A DNA stretch of 64,000 bases, taken from positions 11,266 to 75,265 of the forward strand of contig CAZYIM010000009.1 of assembly GCA_964647565.1 (NCBI GenBank), read 5' to 3'. The notes under the pieces are model-generated. The model was not told where the DNA came from. It searched no databases and saw only the letters and a program-made list of their open reading frames with translations. Positions 29,807-39,639 of this stretch are shown one piece after another (the first letter of the stretch is position 1; the number at the start of each line of letters is the position of its first letter). Origin of the DNA: an uncultured Methanosarcinales archaeon. GTDB lineage: Archaea; Nanobdellota; Nanobdellia; Woesearchaeales; CAZYIM01. Position numbers and translations under genes: made by a program.

Positions 29807-30300
29807 CTTATCACCTTCGGAATCCTGAATCTACAGATCATGAGTATTGAAGAAAGAAGTGTTAGTATTATTACAACCACACTACCGACATTTAAAAAAT
29901 ACAAGATAGGGAATATGATTCCATTCATAGTGATAGGCATACCTTGAAAACCCTTTATCTTTGACTTGTTCACATTATATCTGGCTAGTCTGAACGTTCC
30001 TGCCACAACCAATAATACAAAAGCAGCACCTGCTAACCAACTCTTGAAAAAGGAAAACATAAGGACTCCGGGTGCAATACCAAAAGAAACTAGATCTGCA
30101 AGAGAGTCGAGCATTTCCCCCATCTTAGATTCAGCATTAAACATCCTTGCTAACTTACCATCCAGATAGTCAAATCCTACTGCCACCAATATCAGTGTAG
30201 ATGCAAGAGTAAAATCTCCATTGATAGAAAAGAGGATGGACACAAAACCAATAGCCAGATGGATTAGAGTAACAGCATTCGGAATATTCTTTCTTATCAT
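29803..30300 (-). CDS. pssA: Archaetidylserine/phosphatidylserine synthase (CDP-alcohol phosphotransferase)
   Basis: IPNAVT, DYLDGKLAR, GEMLDSLADLVSFGIAP, RLARYN, FQGMP. Confidence 0.9.
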   Translation of the reverse strand: MIRKNIPNAVTLIHLAIGFVSILFSINGDFTLASTLILVAVGFDYLDGKLARMFNAESKMGEMLDSLADLVSFGIAPGVLMFSFFKSWLAGAAFVLLVVAGTFRLARYNVNKSKIKGFQGMPITMNGIIFPILYFLNVGSVVVIILTLLSSILMICRFRIPKVIR

Positions 30301-30920
30301 TTTGTTGCTATGATAGTCTGTCCTGCAAGGACTTTCTGACCTTCCTTAACCAATATTTTAACTTTATCAGGCAATATCAACGTTGCCTGACTGCCCAGAG
30401 TTATCATGCCAATTTTTTGTCCTCTTTTAATCGAGTCGCCAACATTTAAATGATTTTTTATTCTCCTTGCCAAAAAGCCTGCAATCTGAAGAACTTTCAC
30501 TTTCAGTTTTTTACCCTCAATCAAAGTTTCGACATGCTCATTCTCAAGCAATGCATTCCCAGTCATAGCCATGCCAAACCTGCCTTTCTTATGCTTAACG
30601 TGTTTAATAACACCAGATATAGGCGATCTATTAACATGGACATTGAAAGGACTCATGAAGATGGAAATAATATAGCCTTTGCTGGAAACTTCTTTTGTCA
30701 GAGAATGTATCTTACCTAAACCTTTGCGGACGACTATATCTTCTTGGTTAAATCGCTGGATCAAGATGACCTTGCCGTCTGCAGGACTAACAAGGTTATC
30801 ACCTGGAGGAATGGCCCTATTAGGATCCCTTAGAAAGATGAATTTGTAGAAAACAATTGCTAAGACCAACAATAAAAAAATAACATAAATTACTATCATG
30901 ATCAAAATAATCCTCCTCAT
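30297..30920 (-). CDS. psd: Archaetidylserine/phosphatidylserine decarboxylase proenzyme
   Basis: FLRDP, VSPADG, IFMSPFNVHVNRSP, QIAGFLARRI, LGS autocleavage site. Confidence 0.9.
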   Translation of the reverse strand: MRRIILIMIVIYVIFLLLVLAIVFYKFIFLRDPNRAIPPGDNLVSPADGKVILIQRFNQEDIVVRKGLGKIHSLTKEVSSKGYIISIFMSPFNVHVNRSPISGVIKHVKHKKGRFGMAMTGNALLENEHVETLIEGKKLKVKVLQIAGFLARRIKNHLNVGDSIKRGQKIGMITLGSQATLILPDKVKILVKEGQKVLAGQTIIATK

Positions 30921-30957
30921 GACTTAAAAAATTATGAATTTAAAAATTTATCCCTTA

Positions 30958-31236
30958 TTATCGGTTATGTGTAGAATGGGGTTTTGGATGCTTCATCTCT
31001 TTCTTCTCAGAATTCCCAGTTCGCATGACAGATTTGCCACCAATATTACCATGTTCTGCGAAACCAATGATCATAAGTTCTTTGTTCTTGACAATACCAT
31101 AATGAACGGGCTGATGGCAATATTGGCATTCAGTAAGTTTAGGCAGGGTAATACTCCTTCTGATATCATACTCAGGATGTTTGCATTTTTTCGCATCTTT
31201 GGGATGATCATGAACAACATGATAAGTTATTGCCAT
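30958..31236 (-). CDS. Small Cys/His-rich hypothetical protein
   Basis: HDHP, CKHP, CQYCH. Confidence 0.5.
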   Translation of the reverse strand: MAITYHVVHDHPKDAKKCKHPEYDIRRSITLPKLTECQYCHQPVHYGIVKNKELMIIGFAEHGNIGGKSVMRTGNSEKKEMKHPKPHSTHNR

Positions 31237-31282
31237 ATAAATCTCTTAGAATTGCTATTTAATATATTTTTCTATTTTCTAT

Positions 31283-32020
31283 TCACCAATCGCCCAAAGT
31301 CTTTTGGTCTTTTTTGTATCTTTCTAGATGTTTGGGCGGATCAACTTTTTTCCACTCAAAACCCCACTTCTTGAGCATCTCGAATGCATTTGAACTTATA
31401 TCAGGAGATGCAAGCACACCTTGGACTTTATCAGTGCCTTTAAGCTCCTTGATCTTCTCAACATATCTCCTCAATTGGGAAACGCATTTCAGACTACCAA
31501 CATAACGCTTGCATTCAACAATAACCAGGTTACCCTTGCCGTCATGGCCAAAAACATCGATAAATCCAAACTTGGTATGCTCCTCTCTGCTTACTGGCTT
31601 AAAATCTTTTGAGATCAGCGCAGGATTTTCCTTGATCATGTCAGACATCTGCTTTTCATTGCCTGCCAGCTCAAGCTTCTGGCCGTCTTCAAGCACATGA
31701 GTAATGCAGTCATAGATTCTGTATATCTCGATATTCATGAATTCTTTGAGATCCAGGTTCTTGGCCTTTAGAAGAAGATGGCTTTCAATTCTTTCAAGCT
31801 CATAGGCAGTGCCAGGTTTCATATAATTAACAGGGTTGTTAGATTCTGGTTGGTGTATCAGCAATGTATTGTCTGCTTTTATGATAAGTATCCTATCACC
31901 TCTGCTAAGGTGGGATTGAGCCCTGCCATCATAATCTATCTCACATTGGCAAAAGAAAGTGATGCATGCATTCTTTCGAAGAGCATCATAAAACCTGTCA
32001 ATGAACTCCACCAACTCCAT
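31283..32020 (-). CDS. nucS: Mismatch-specific endonuclease NucS/EndoMS
   Basis: YDGRAQSHL, IIKADNTLLIH, PVNY, GFIDVFG, VECKR, QLRRY. Confidence 0.93.
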   Translation of the reverse strand: MELVEFIDRFYDALRKNACITFFCQCEIDYDGRAQSHLSRGDRILIIKADNTLLIHQPESNNPVNYMKPGTAYELERIESHLLLKAKNLDLKEFMNIEIYRIYDCITHVLEDGQKLELAGNEKQMSDMIKENPALISKDFKPVSREEHTKFGFIDVFGHDGKGNLVIVECKRYVGSLKCVSQLRRYVEKIKELKGTDKVQGVLASPDISSNAFEMLKKWGFEWKKVDPPKHLERYKKDQKTLGDW

Positions 32021-32068
32021 GAGAAGGAGAAAATAAATATTAATATAAAAAGGTTGTTAAAAAAAAGA

Positions 32069-32413
32069 TTAACTTCTTTTATATCCAAACAGCTTATTAT
32101 AATCTTTATGATTTAAAATCCTTATAATAAAAACAAAGATGATAATTCGATCTCCTTCTATTGTATATAACAGCCTCCAATAATTAGACAGCTTCACTCG
32201 ATAAAGATTTTGAATGCCTAAATTCAACAAATCTTCAGGAATCAATCTCCTTGTCAGGGGATTGCCGTATTGAGGATTCTCTTGGAGAATATTTTTCATT
32301 CTTTTTAAGGAGTTTAATATTATTCCTGCTTCTTTGTCTTTTCGATTTTTCAAATTCAGATAGCATTCTTTTGCCTGGCCTTTAAGAAAAATCTTAACTT
32401 TTTTTCCAAACAT
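32069..32413 (-). CDS. RelE/ParE-like toxin
   Basis: ENPQYG, NLYRVKLSNYWRLLYTI, HKDYNKLFGY. Confidence 0.7.
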   Translation of the reverse strand: MFGKKVKIFLKGQAKECYLNLKNRKDKEAGIILNSLKRMKNILQENPQYGNPLTRRLIPEDLLNLGIQNLYRVKLSNYWRLLYTIEGDRIIIFVFIIRILNHKDYNKLFGYKRS

Positions 32414-32474
32414 AGATCAAACCGAATTAAGACAGAATATAAAGATTAACAAAGAAAAACTGAAAATTCTCCGA

Positions 32475-32738
32475 TTAAATTTCAAGACTGTCTTTCAGCA
32501 TCTGCTTTAGATGCTCTGGCTCAACATATATCCACTGAATCCCTTTTGGGCCATAAAGTATTTTACCGCTTCTGAAGAGATATTCTAGTGTGATCTTTAA
32601 TGTCTGATGCATTACTTGCTTAGGTAATTTCTGCTTCAGTTCAGTAAATTTAATTGGCAGACTTCTATTTTTCTTAAGAAAGTCTTCTACCATTATTATT
32701 GTATGAAGGTTGGGATATCTTAATTTTGTTTTTTGCAT
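32475..32738 (-). CDS. Winged-helix protein, putative antitoxin/autoregulator
   Basis: PNLHTIIMVE, ELKQKLPKQVMHQTL, LEYLFRSGKI; directly upstream of the RelE-like gene. Confidence 0.65.
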   Translation of the reverse strand: MQKTKLRYPNLHTIIMVEDFLKKNRSLPIKFTELKQKLPKQVMHQTLKITLEYLFRSGKILYGPKGIQWIYVEPEHLKQMLKDSLEI

Positions 32739-32748
32739 CTTAACAAAA

Positions 32749-32788
32749 GTATCAATTGATACCTAATTAATATCAATTGATATATAAA
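32749..32788 (-). promoter_or_regulatory. Two TATCAATTGATA palindromes next to the TATA box of the wHTH/RelE operon
   Basis: GTATCAATTGATAC at 32749-32762 and ATATCAATTGATAT at 32770-32783; TTTATATA on the minus strand at 32781-32788. Confidence 0.7.
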
Positions 32789-32797
32789 GTTTTCGCT

Positions 32798-34015
32798 TCA
32801 GAATTCAAACAGCTTCTTTTGGCTTTTCATGTTATGTAATAATTTGCTTTTCCTGAATAATACATTCAGGTCAAAACCAAATTTCTTGTTGATCAGCTTC
32901 TCGCTATATTTCAACATCAATTCTTTAGAAGAAAAGGAAATAGGCTTTTCCTGCATGGTTTTTCTTACAGCCTCCCTTACAACCCAAACCCCCAGCGGAG
33001 CCCAATACTCGTCGGTTACAAACCGCAAAGCAAGAACAGAAGCTTGCTTCCTTTTAGATTTCAGATGCTCCAGCATAGAGATCCTCGCAGCATAATAGCC
33101 CCCCTGCGTATTGAAGGCATACTGTTTCCTGCCAGCATAGCCTTCATAATCAGAGACCGTAGCTATCTTATCAGGATTGTATATGGTCTTTGGCATGTAG
33201 GTCTCAAAAAGCTCGTAGCTCCAGACTTCTGGAAAGAACAGAATCAAGTAGTAGTTGCCAAGATGACCTCCAAATAAAGCAGCATACTCCATTGAATTAT
33301 AATCCTTTATCTCTTTTATCAGGCTCTTGCCAACAGTATCATCCACAGCTGTTATACTCCACCTGGTAGGCACCAGTTTTCGCTGAGTCTTAACGCCCAA
33401 ATTACCAACACTCAATATCTTAGACAGGTAATGCACATCAAATCCTTTGCCAAAGAGTTGGTTCATGGCAGGTCCTGCCTTAAAGTCTGTATCTGATACC
33501 ACCTTGTCGACAGCACGAGGTATCTTGGGATTCTCTGTGATCTTCATCTGCTTTAATTTCACAGAAGGGCCGTGCGGCATCACATCCTGCACAAAGCTAA
33601 TCTTGAACTCAGGCTTTTTATTCAGGTTCATTTCAACATCAACAGGCTTCTTGGCCATACTTATCTCCTGGCCGGCCTCTATGAACCGCTCCTTAAAGGA
33701 CTTAATATGCACTTTAAAGTTAGAGTTTATCAATGAAGTCCTGAAATCAACTACCTTTGAGATCGAATAGTTCTTTTTGGACCATAATGCAGGATTATCA
33801 TATTCCTCATTCACACCCTCATTAGATAGAATACCCACATTGATGTCAGGATAGCCGAACCTGCCTACAAATACAGAGGGGCTTGCGCCAAAAAAGTCCT
33901 GTTTTCCCTCTATATTTATCTTTTTCTGACTGGATATCTTGGCAAGTATGGGACAGAATTTTCTGCCGCAGAGGGAAGGATCCTTACCCTTGCAGCTTAT
34001 GCATTTGCTTTGCAT
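32798..34015 (-). CDS. nreA: Archaeal DNA repair protein Nre (NreA family)
   Basis: N-terminal CxxC...CG..CP, PSVFVGRFGYP, LVPTRWSITAVD, GGYYA, PLGVWVVRE, C-terminal PIP box QKKLFEF. Confidence 0.9.
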   Translation of the reverse strand: MQSKCISCKGKDPSLCGRKFCPILAKISSQKKINIEGKQDFFGASPSVFVGRFGYPDINVGILSNEGVNEEYDNPALWSKKNYSISKVVDFRTSLINSNFKVHIKSFKERFIEAGQEISMAKKPVDVEMNLNKKPEFKISFVQDVMPHGPSVKLKQMKITENPKIPRAVDKVVSDTDFKAGPAMNQLFGKGFDVHYLSKILSVGNLGVKTQRKLVPTRWSITAVDDTVGKSLIKEIKDYNSMEYAALFGGHLGNYYLILFFPEVWSYELFETYMPKTIYNPDKIATVSDYEGYAGRKQYAFNTQGGYYAARISMLEHLKSKRKQASVLALRFVTDEYWAPLGVWVVREAVRKTMQEKPISFSSKELMLKYSEKLINKKFGFDLNVLFRKSKLLHNMKSQKKLFEF

Positions 34016-34186
34016 TGTTATAAGAATTGGAGGATGTTAAAATAATTTTTCTTTTGGTAAGAACCTAGCTTTTTAAAATAATAAATATATTTCTTTAAAT
34101 AAAAATATATATTCTACACAATCAATATATTTTTCCGAAAAGTTTATATATGGATGCGGCTTCCCGTCACAAATCGGTGACAAATC

Positions 34187-35176
34187 ATGAGAAGAAAAGT
34201 CATAAAACAGGGCCATAACACTTTAACTGTCACTCTCCCACACAAATGGGTGAAGGATCAGAACATTCAAGCAGGAGATGAGATAGATTTCGAACAGAAA
34301 GACACAGCCATTCTTCTTAGCACAGAAAAAAAGACGCCTCATAGAAATACAGTTCTCGATGTAAGAGGATCAAGCATCCCTGTATTATGGAGATACATCA
34401 TATCTGCATACAGAGCAGGTTATGACGAGATAACCATCAAGTTCGACCCTCCAAAAAAGAACGGCAAGAACATATACACAGGTTTTGGTTATCAAACCCT
34501 GGAATGGCTCTTTCCAGAAGGAATTCTTCAATTGAGCCCAATGGAAGCAGTCCAGGCTCTTGTAAACAGATTAGTTGGTGTTGAGATAATCGACCAAAAA
34601 GAGGACTATTGCATCATAAAAGAGATGGGCGAGACCATGTTCAAGGAATTCGACAGTTCCCTAAGAAGGATATTTTTAATACTGCTCTCAATGGGTGATG
34701 AGATATACAATTGTTACAAGACAGATACCAAACAACCCCTAAAATCAATTCATCTGGTAGACACCAATCTTGACCGATTTGAAGACTTTTGTCTCAGAGT
34801 ATTGAACAAAAAAGGGTATTCTGATTTTAAGAAGACCACAACCATTTACAACACGATCTTCCTGTTAGAGATGATCGGCGATGAATATAAAAAGATTGCA
34901 CTGCATGTGCTCGACATGAAATCTAAGCCTAACCCACACCTAGTTAAGGAGTTTGAGATCTTCAAGGAACAGGTGCCAAGATACTATAAATTCTTCTATA
35001 AGTTCTCAAAGGAGAAGGCAGAAGAGATCTACAAGATGAATGAAGAGGCTATCATATTTCTCAAGGAAAACTACTCTACCTTTTCAGATACAGAAAAAGA
35101 AATAATACACCATATCAAGAAGATTGGCACATATATCATCAGTTTGACAGAGTTGAGAATAGATTTGGAAATATAA
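34187..35176 (+). CDS. AbrB-PhoU phosphate-uptake regulator family protein
   Basis: MRRKVIKQGHNTLTVTLP AbrB domain, ISAYRAGYDEI, LEMIGDEY; GGTGA RBS. Confidence 0.85.
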   Translation: MRRKVIKQGHNTLTVTLPHKWVKDQNIQAGDEIDFEQKDTAILLSTEKKTPHRNTVLDVRGSSIPVLWRYIISAYRAGYDEITIKFDPPKKNGKNIYTGFGYQTLEWLFPEGILQLSPMEAVQALVNRLVGVEIIDQKEDYCIIKEMGETMFKEFDSSLRRIFLILLSMGDEIYNCYKTDTKQPLKSIHLVDTNLDRFEDFCLRVLNKKGYSDFKKTTTIYNTIFLLEMIGDEYKKIALHVLDMKSKPNPHLVKEFEIFKEQVPRYYKFFYKFSKEKAEEIYKMNEEAIIFLKENYSTFSDTEKEIIHHIKKIGTYIISLTELRIDLEI

Positions 35177-35235
35177 CCCCTTCTCACGAAGTTAAAATTG
35201 TCGTGATAATTGATGAACCGGTGAATTCAAATCAA

Positions 35236-36810
35236 TTAAGGAATAACAAAATTAAGACATGTTTGCTCCTGGACAACATCATATTTGAAGAGACCGTATT
35301 CATAACCCGCTCCATCTAATAGATCATATGGAATAATAACATAATCTCCTTCAATTAAAGGCGATTTTGCATTGTACTCATTACAACTAATTGTTGTTGT
35401 TTCTTGGGTATTAAAATCGTACATCATAACATCACCAGAAGAAACCCACACAACTCTTGAACCATCATAATCATATACATATTGAGTACCGCCATTTGAC
35501 ACAGGAATCTGTTCTTGCGTAGCAATATCATAGGCATATATGCTGAAATCCCAGTTACTTTTCCAAAGAATTTTTGTACCTCCATCAGTAAAGTAACCCG
35601 GCCCTTCAGAACGATAATCAAAACTAGAAGCAGGAATCTCGGTATCATCCACTAAATCATACATATAAACGTGAATTTCAGGACTACCACCTGTAGAGAC
35701 TGTTTGGGTAAACGACACCATATTATCATAAACAGAGTAAAGAAGCTCAATATGTGGCGTTTCAGTCAACGGTTTAACCTGACTAGTCACAATATTATAA
35801 GCATAAACATCCTGATTATCAATCGAATAACTATCTGGATCCGCAGTTGTATCAACTAAAAACACAATCCAATCACCAAATATATATGGATCAAACTGTT
35901 GTCGGCCTAAATCTTGAGCAATAGGAGTCTTCACGCCACTATCCAAATTAAACAAGAATATACCACCTCTTAGATTACTATACACAATATTACTACCACT
36001 CCTCCTCACTTTCATCTGATCATCAGGTTCGATAAGAACAGCAGATTCAATATCAGTCGTCAAATCAAGCATATAAATATCATCATCACCACCCTTATCA
36101 TCAAGATAATACACCCTATTCTCAAACACAAATAAAAATTCCTGATTCGAAGGATTGTCTGTTATTTGTTTTGTGGTTCCTGTTAAGAGATCGTGCATGT
36201 ATAAATTTTCGTGACCAGATAGGCTTACATCAATCCAAAACACCTTATTATCATCAATGTCCGCGTCAAAATCTCTAAGACCTGAGACAAAAAGATTCTC
36301 ACCCAACTCACCTCCTGGAGAGGGTGTACAATTACCGTCGCAGCAATCTCCTGTGTACGCTACCCCGTCACAACAGATTTGTCCAGTATCAAGACAGTCA
36401 GCTTCACAGTTGTTACAGTCTTCTTCCTCATCGCAATTTCCGTCTCCGCAGATTGGTGGACAGGGTCCACAGTCCAGTTCACAGTTGTTACACTCTTCTC
36501 CTACATCACAAATTTGGTCTCCACAATAAGACTCCAACCCTCCAGATGTTTCGTTATCATCCTCTGCGCTATCACAGTCAGGATCTGCAGGCATCCGAAT
36601 CCTGTTCTTACCTCTACCTATGTTGCAACCCTCAAAATCACAGGCACCATCACCATCATTATCCGCCTGGTCACTACATTGAACAGTCACAGGATCATTA
36701 TCACCGCCGCCTTTCTTTCCACCTTTTGCTTGTCCAGTCGTTGAAACACAGCCTAATATCAAACTTGCCATAACAATTAAACTCATTACAATAAGAATTA
36801 CTTTTTTCAT
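35236..36810 (-). CDS. Secreted lipoprotein with Cys-rich repeats and a TolB-like beta-propeller
   Basis: Lipobox LILGC; CSDQADNDGDGACD; CGDxxC..E.C..C..DC twice; propeller repeats such as LYMHDLLTG and VYAYNIVTS. Confidence 0.75.
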   Translation of the reverse strand: MKKVILIVMSLIVMASLILGCVSTTGQAKGGKKGGGDNDPVTVQCSDQADNDGDGACDFEGCNIGRGKNRIRMPADPDCDSAEDDNETSGGLESYCGDQICDVGEECNNCELDCGPCPPICGDGNCDEEEDCNNCEADCLDTGQICCDGVAYTGDCCDGNCTPSPGGELGENLFVSGLRDFDADIDDNKVFWIDVSLSGHENLYMHDLLTGTTKQITDNPSNQEFLFVFENRVYYLDDKGGDDDIYMLDLTTDIESAVLIEPDDQMKVRRSGSNIVYSNLRGGIFLFNLDSGVKTPIAQDLGRQQFDPYIFGDWIVFLVDTTADPDSYSIDNQDVYAYNIVTSQVKPLTETPHIELLYSVYDNMVSFTQTVSTGGSPEIHVYMYDLVDDTEIPASSFDYRSEGPGYFTDGGTKILWKSNWDFSIYAYDIATQEQIPVSNGGTQYVYDYDGSRVVWVSSGDVMMYDFNTQETTTISCNEYNAKSPLIEGDYVIIPYDLLDGAGYEYGLFKYDVVQEQTCLNFVIP

Positions 36811-37102
36811 AGGTTATCACCAAATTGGTAATTGGCAACAAGGGTTTATAAATCTTATTATATTAATATACGCGAATAGGATATTAATTAATGACACAAA
36901 GAAACCTTCAACACTAGATGTAATGAAAATCAGACATACAACTATGCAATTTAACACAAGTATAGGAACTATCTGATTAGGAAAAAAAAATATCTTGTGT
37001 GTTTTTCTTAATATTATTGTATCTGAAAGCAAGTTTCCAGCTGCACCTCAATCATGTTATTCCATAAAATTTATATATCACATACCCGCCTCTATTTTTA
37101 AA

Positions 37103-37792
37103 ATGCATTATAAAAAACACAATCTTTTCAAGGATATCGGCTCAAAAGATAAGAATCTTCGGAAAAAAACAGTCACGATCGTAGGAATAAGCAGCGTCGG
37201 TTCTGTGATAGCAGACATGCTTGCAAGAGCAGGCGTCAACCTAAGATTGGTAGACAGGGGAAGAATTGAAACAGAAGACATGCTAAGCTCCACACTCTAT
37301 GAGATGGAGGACCTAAACAAGTTCAAGGTTAAGCAAGCCAAGAAACGGCTAGAAGTCGTCACCAAGGATGTGAAGATCAAGACATTTCATGAGGACCTGG
37401 TCCCGAGGAACATCTTCCTACTTGATTCAGACATTGTGATTGATTGTACCAACAATATAGAAACATCATTGATGATAAACGAACACTGCTATAAGAAGAA
37501 GATCCCTCTAATATTCTGTAAATACGCAGGTTCAAAGGGAATTATCTTCATTGTTGACAAAGATGCCTGTGTTGCATGTGTCGAAGATAAGATCAAAATC
37601 GGCAAAATAGAAAAAGAGGGTATCATCTCTCCAACTGTACATGTAACAGCCTCGTTTGCTGTTGCCAAGGCGTTAAAGTTGCTTCTAGGTCATAAGCATG
37701 AGAAAAACATGATCAGCTTTGACATTTGGAAGAACACAGCCAATAAGGTGAGCGTAAGAAAGAATCCTAAATGCTCTGTGCATAAGAAATAA
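37103..37792 (+). CDS. ThiF/MoeB-family protein with degenerate catalytic motifs
   Basis: VTIVGISSVGS..ADMLARAGV..LVDR, VIDCTNN, CVAC; lacks the NLxRQ motif. Confidence 0.8.
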   Translation: MHYKKHNLFKDIGSKDKNLRKKTVTIVGISSVGSVIADMLARAGVNLRLVDRGRIETEDMLSSTLYEMEDLNKFKVKQAKKRLEVVTKDVKIKTFHEDLVPRNIFLLDSDIVIDCTNNIETSLMINEHCYKKKIPLIFCKYAGSKGIIFIVDKDACVACVEDKIKIGKIEKEGIISPTVHVTASFAVAKALKLLLGHKHEKNMISFDIWKNTANKVSVRKNPKCSVHKK

Positions 37793-37823
37793 ATTTTATA
37801 AACAGTTCTTTACTCTTTAAACT

Positions 37824-38684
37824 ATGACTAGTTCAGATAAGAGATTTATGCACAATTTTGAAAAAAAGATAGTTAAGACTATAAAGAAATACAAATTATT
37901 CTCCAAACAAAATAAGGTCGGTGTCGCGGTCTCTGGCGGAAAAGATTCTACTGTCTGTCTTCATGTGCTAAACAAACTAGGCTATAAAGTGGTAGGCCTG
38001 ACTGTGGATGCAGTCATCGGCAACTACACCAAGAAAAACCTAGAGAGACTCAGGACTTTTTGCAAACAGAACAAGATTCCTCTAAAAGAGCTCTGCTTCA
38101 GAGAGGAATTCGGGGGTTCGCTCTGCTATCTAAGGGATATACTCAAGGAAAAAGGATTCAAATACAAATCATGCATGCTCTGTGGCATTCTTCGAAGATA
38201 CTTATTGAACAAATACGCTAAACACTACAAGTTTAATGTGCTGACAACAGGCCACAACATAGATGACGAAGCACAATCCATACTGATGAACATTGCCAGA
38301 AATGATCAAGCAAGATTGATGAGATTAGGTCCAATAACAGGCATTGTCAAAAGCAAGGGCTTTGTCCAAAGGGTCAAGCCATTATACTTCTGCACTGAAG
38401 AAGAAATTACGCGGTACTCCAAGCTGATGGGCTTTGATGTCATCTACACAAGATGCCCCTGCTCTGTAAATGCTTTTAGGAGAAAGTTTCGAAATGAACT
38501 GGATCAAATCGAGAAAAAAACTCCTGGAGTAAAGGAAAACATTGTCAAATACTATATGCAAAATATCTACCCTTTGAAGAAAAAACAAAAAAAAGGGGAA
38601 ATAGCCTTCTGCAGCACCTGCGAAGAACCTGCCAGCCAAAAGATCTGCAAGAAATGCGAGATCATACTAGCTTTGAGAAAATAA
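37824..38684 (+). CDS. ncsA: tRNA 2-thiolation protein (NcsA/TtuA/Ctu1 family)
   Basis: SGGKDS PP-loop, CMLCGILRR, TGHNIDDE, RVKPL, CP, C-terminal CxxC...CxxC. Confidence 0.88.
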   Translation: MTSSDKRFMHNFEKKIVKTIKKYKLFSKQNKVGVAVSGGKDSTVCLHVLNKLGYKVVGLTVDAVIGNYTKKNLERLRTFCKQNKIPLKELCFREEFGGSLCYLRDILKEKGFKYKSCMLCGILRRYLLNKYAKHYKFNVLTTGHNIDDEAQSILMNIARNDQARLMRLGPITGIVKSKGFVQRVKPLYFCTEEEITRYSKLMGFDVIYTRCPCSVNAFRRKFRNELDQIEKKTPGVKENIVKYYMQNIYPLKKKQKKGEIAFCSTCEEPASQKICKKCEIILALRK

Positions 38685-38692
38685 TCCTCATT

Positions 38693-39508
38693 TTAAAAAC
38701 TATATCTTCCAACTAATGTTAAGGCGCTGCGATTTTTTACAGGAGATGCCCCCCGTATTTCTAAAGATCTATCATACCAAAGTTCAAAATGCATCTTTTT
38801 TCCTAATTTGCCTGGTGGTGTGTATCTTGCATCGACTCTTCCACTCAATGCGGATTCTCCATCATTGTTTCCACCAGATTTATAGATAAAGCGAGGCCCT
38901 GCGACTAGTCTTAGATTATCATTAATTCTACCACCTAACACAATCCCCACATGAATGTTATCCGATACTTCTTTTCCTTCTGTTAAAGTATAATCAAGAT
39001 GAACGTCAGCTTCATATTTCTTAGACGCGCTTAAAAGAGTTCCAAATAGTCCTACTTTAGAATCTGATCTGCCTGTTCCCAGGGCAAGTTTAGCACTTTT
39101 ATCTCCTGTTGGTAAAACTGTTCCAAAATAGGTTAATAATCCAAGCTTATTTTCTCCAAGTTTTCTTTCAAATCTTGGCCCGATCCCTAATAGAATATCT
39201 CCTATGCCTTCACTTTCAATGTTTCCAGATTTTATATTTTTATATGGCAAATTTACAAAAGCAAAAATACCGTTTTCTGCCCCATCCCAATATTTTAAGA
39301 TAAGATTATTTGCAGGAATTTGAGTCCTTATTCCGGTCTGAGCTTCTTTTGTTGAATAACTTACACGATTATCAACTTGAAATACAGTTGGACCTCTTAA
39401 TCCATTAAAAATACTTTGAGCATTTCCTGAAATAGGTATAATTGTTGCTAAAGCTAATGCGCCTGCTGCGAGATATTTTCTTAGGTTTTTTCTTATTTTT
39501 TTTGTCAT
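38693..39508 (-). CDS. Signal-peptide protein resembling a bacterial outer-membrane beta-barrel (MetA-pathway/phenol-degradation transporter family)
   Basis: Signal peptide ending GNA; GIGDILLG, LPTGD..LGTG..D; alternating amphipathic strands; ends in RYSF. Confidence 0.6.
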   Translation of the reverse strand: MTKKIRKNLRKYLAAGALALATIIPISGNAQSIFNGLRGPTVFQVDNRVSYSTKEAQTGIRTQIPANNLILKYWDGAENGIFAFVNLPYKNIKSGNIESEGIGDILLGIGPRFERKLGENKLGLLTYFGTVLPTGDKSAKLALGTGRSDSKVGLFGTLLSASKKYEADVHLDYTLTEGKEVSDNIHVGIVLGGRINDNLRLVAGPRFIYKSGGNNDGESALSGRVDARYTPPGKLGKKMHFELWYDRSLEIRGASPVKNRSALTLVGRYSF

Positions 39509-39574
39509 TTTAATTTCCTCCAAAGATTTTTTAACCACTTCTTAGTAATAACTAAGATAGCCAATATATAAATG

Positions 39575-39601
39575 TTTGTGGTAATGTAGTACTACCACAA
39601 A
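39575..39601. promoter_or_regulatory. Inverted repeat, candidate TrmB operator
   Basis: TTTGTGGTA-N9-TACCACAAA between the divergent barrel-like and TrmB genes, flanked by TATA-like boxes. Confidence 0.55.
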
Positions 39602-39639
39602 TAACAACATTTATATTGTTTGAAATTTATGATCACTCC

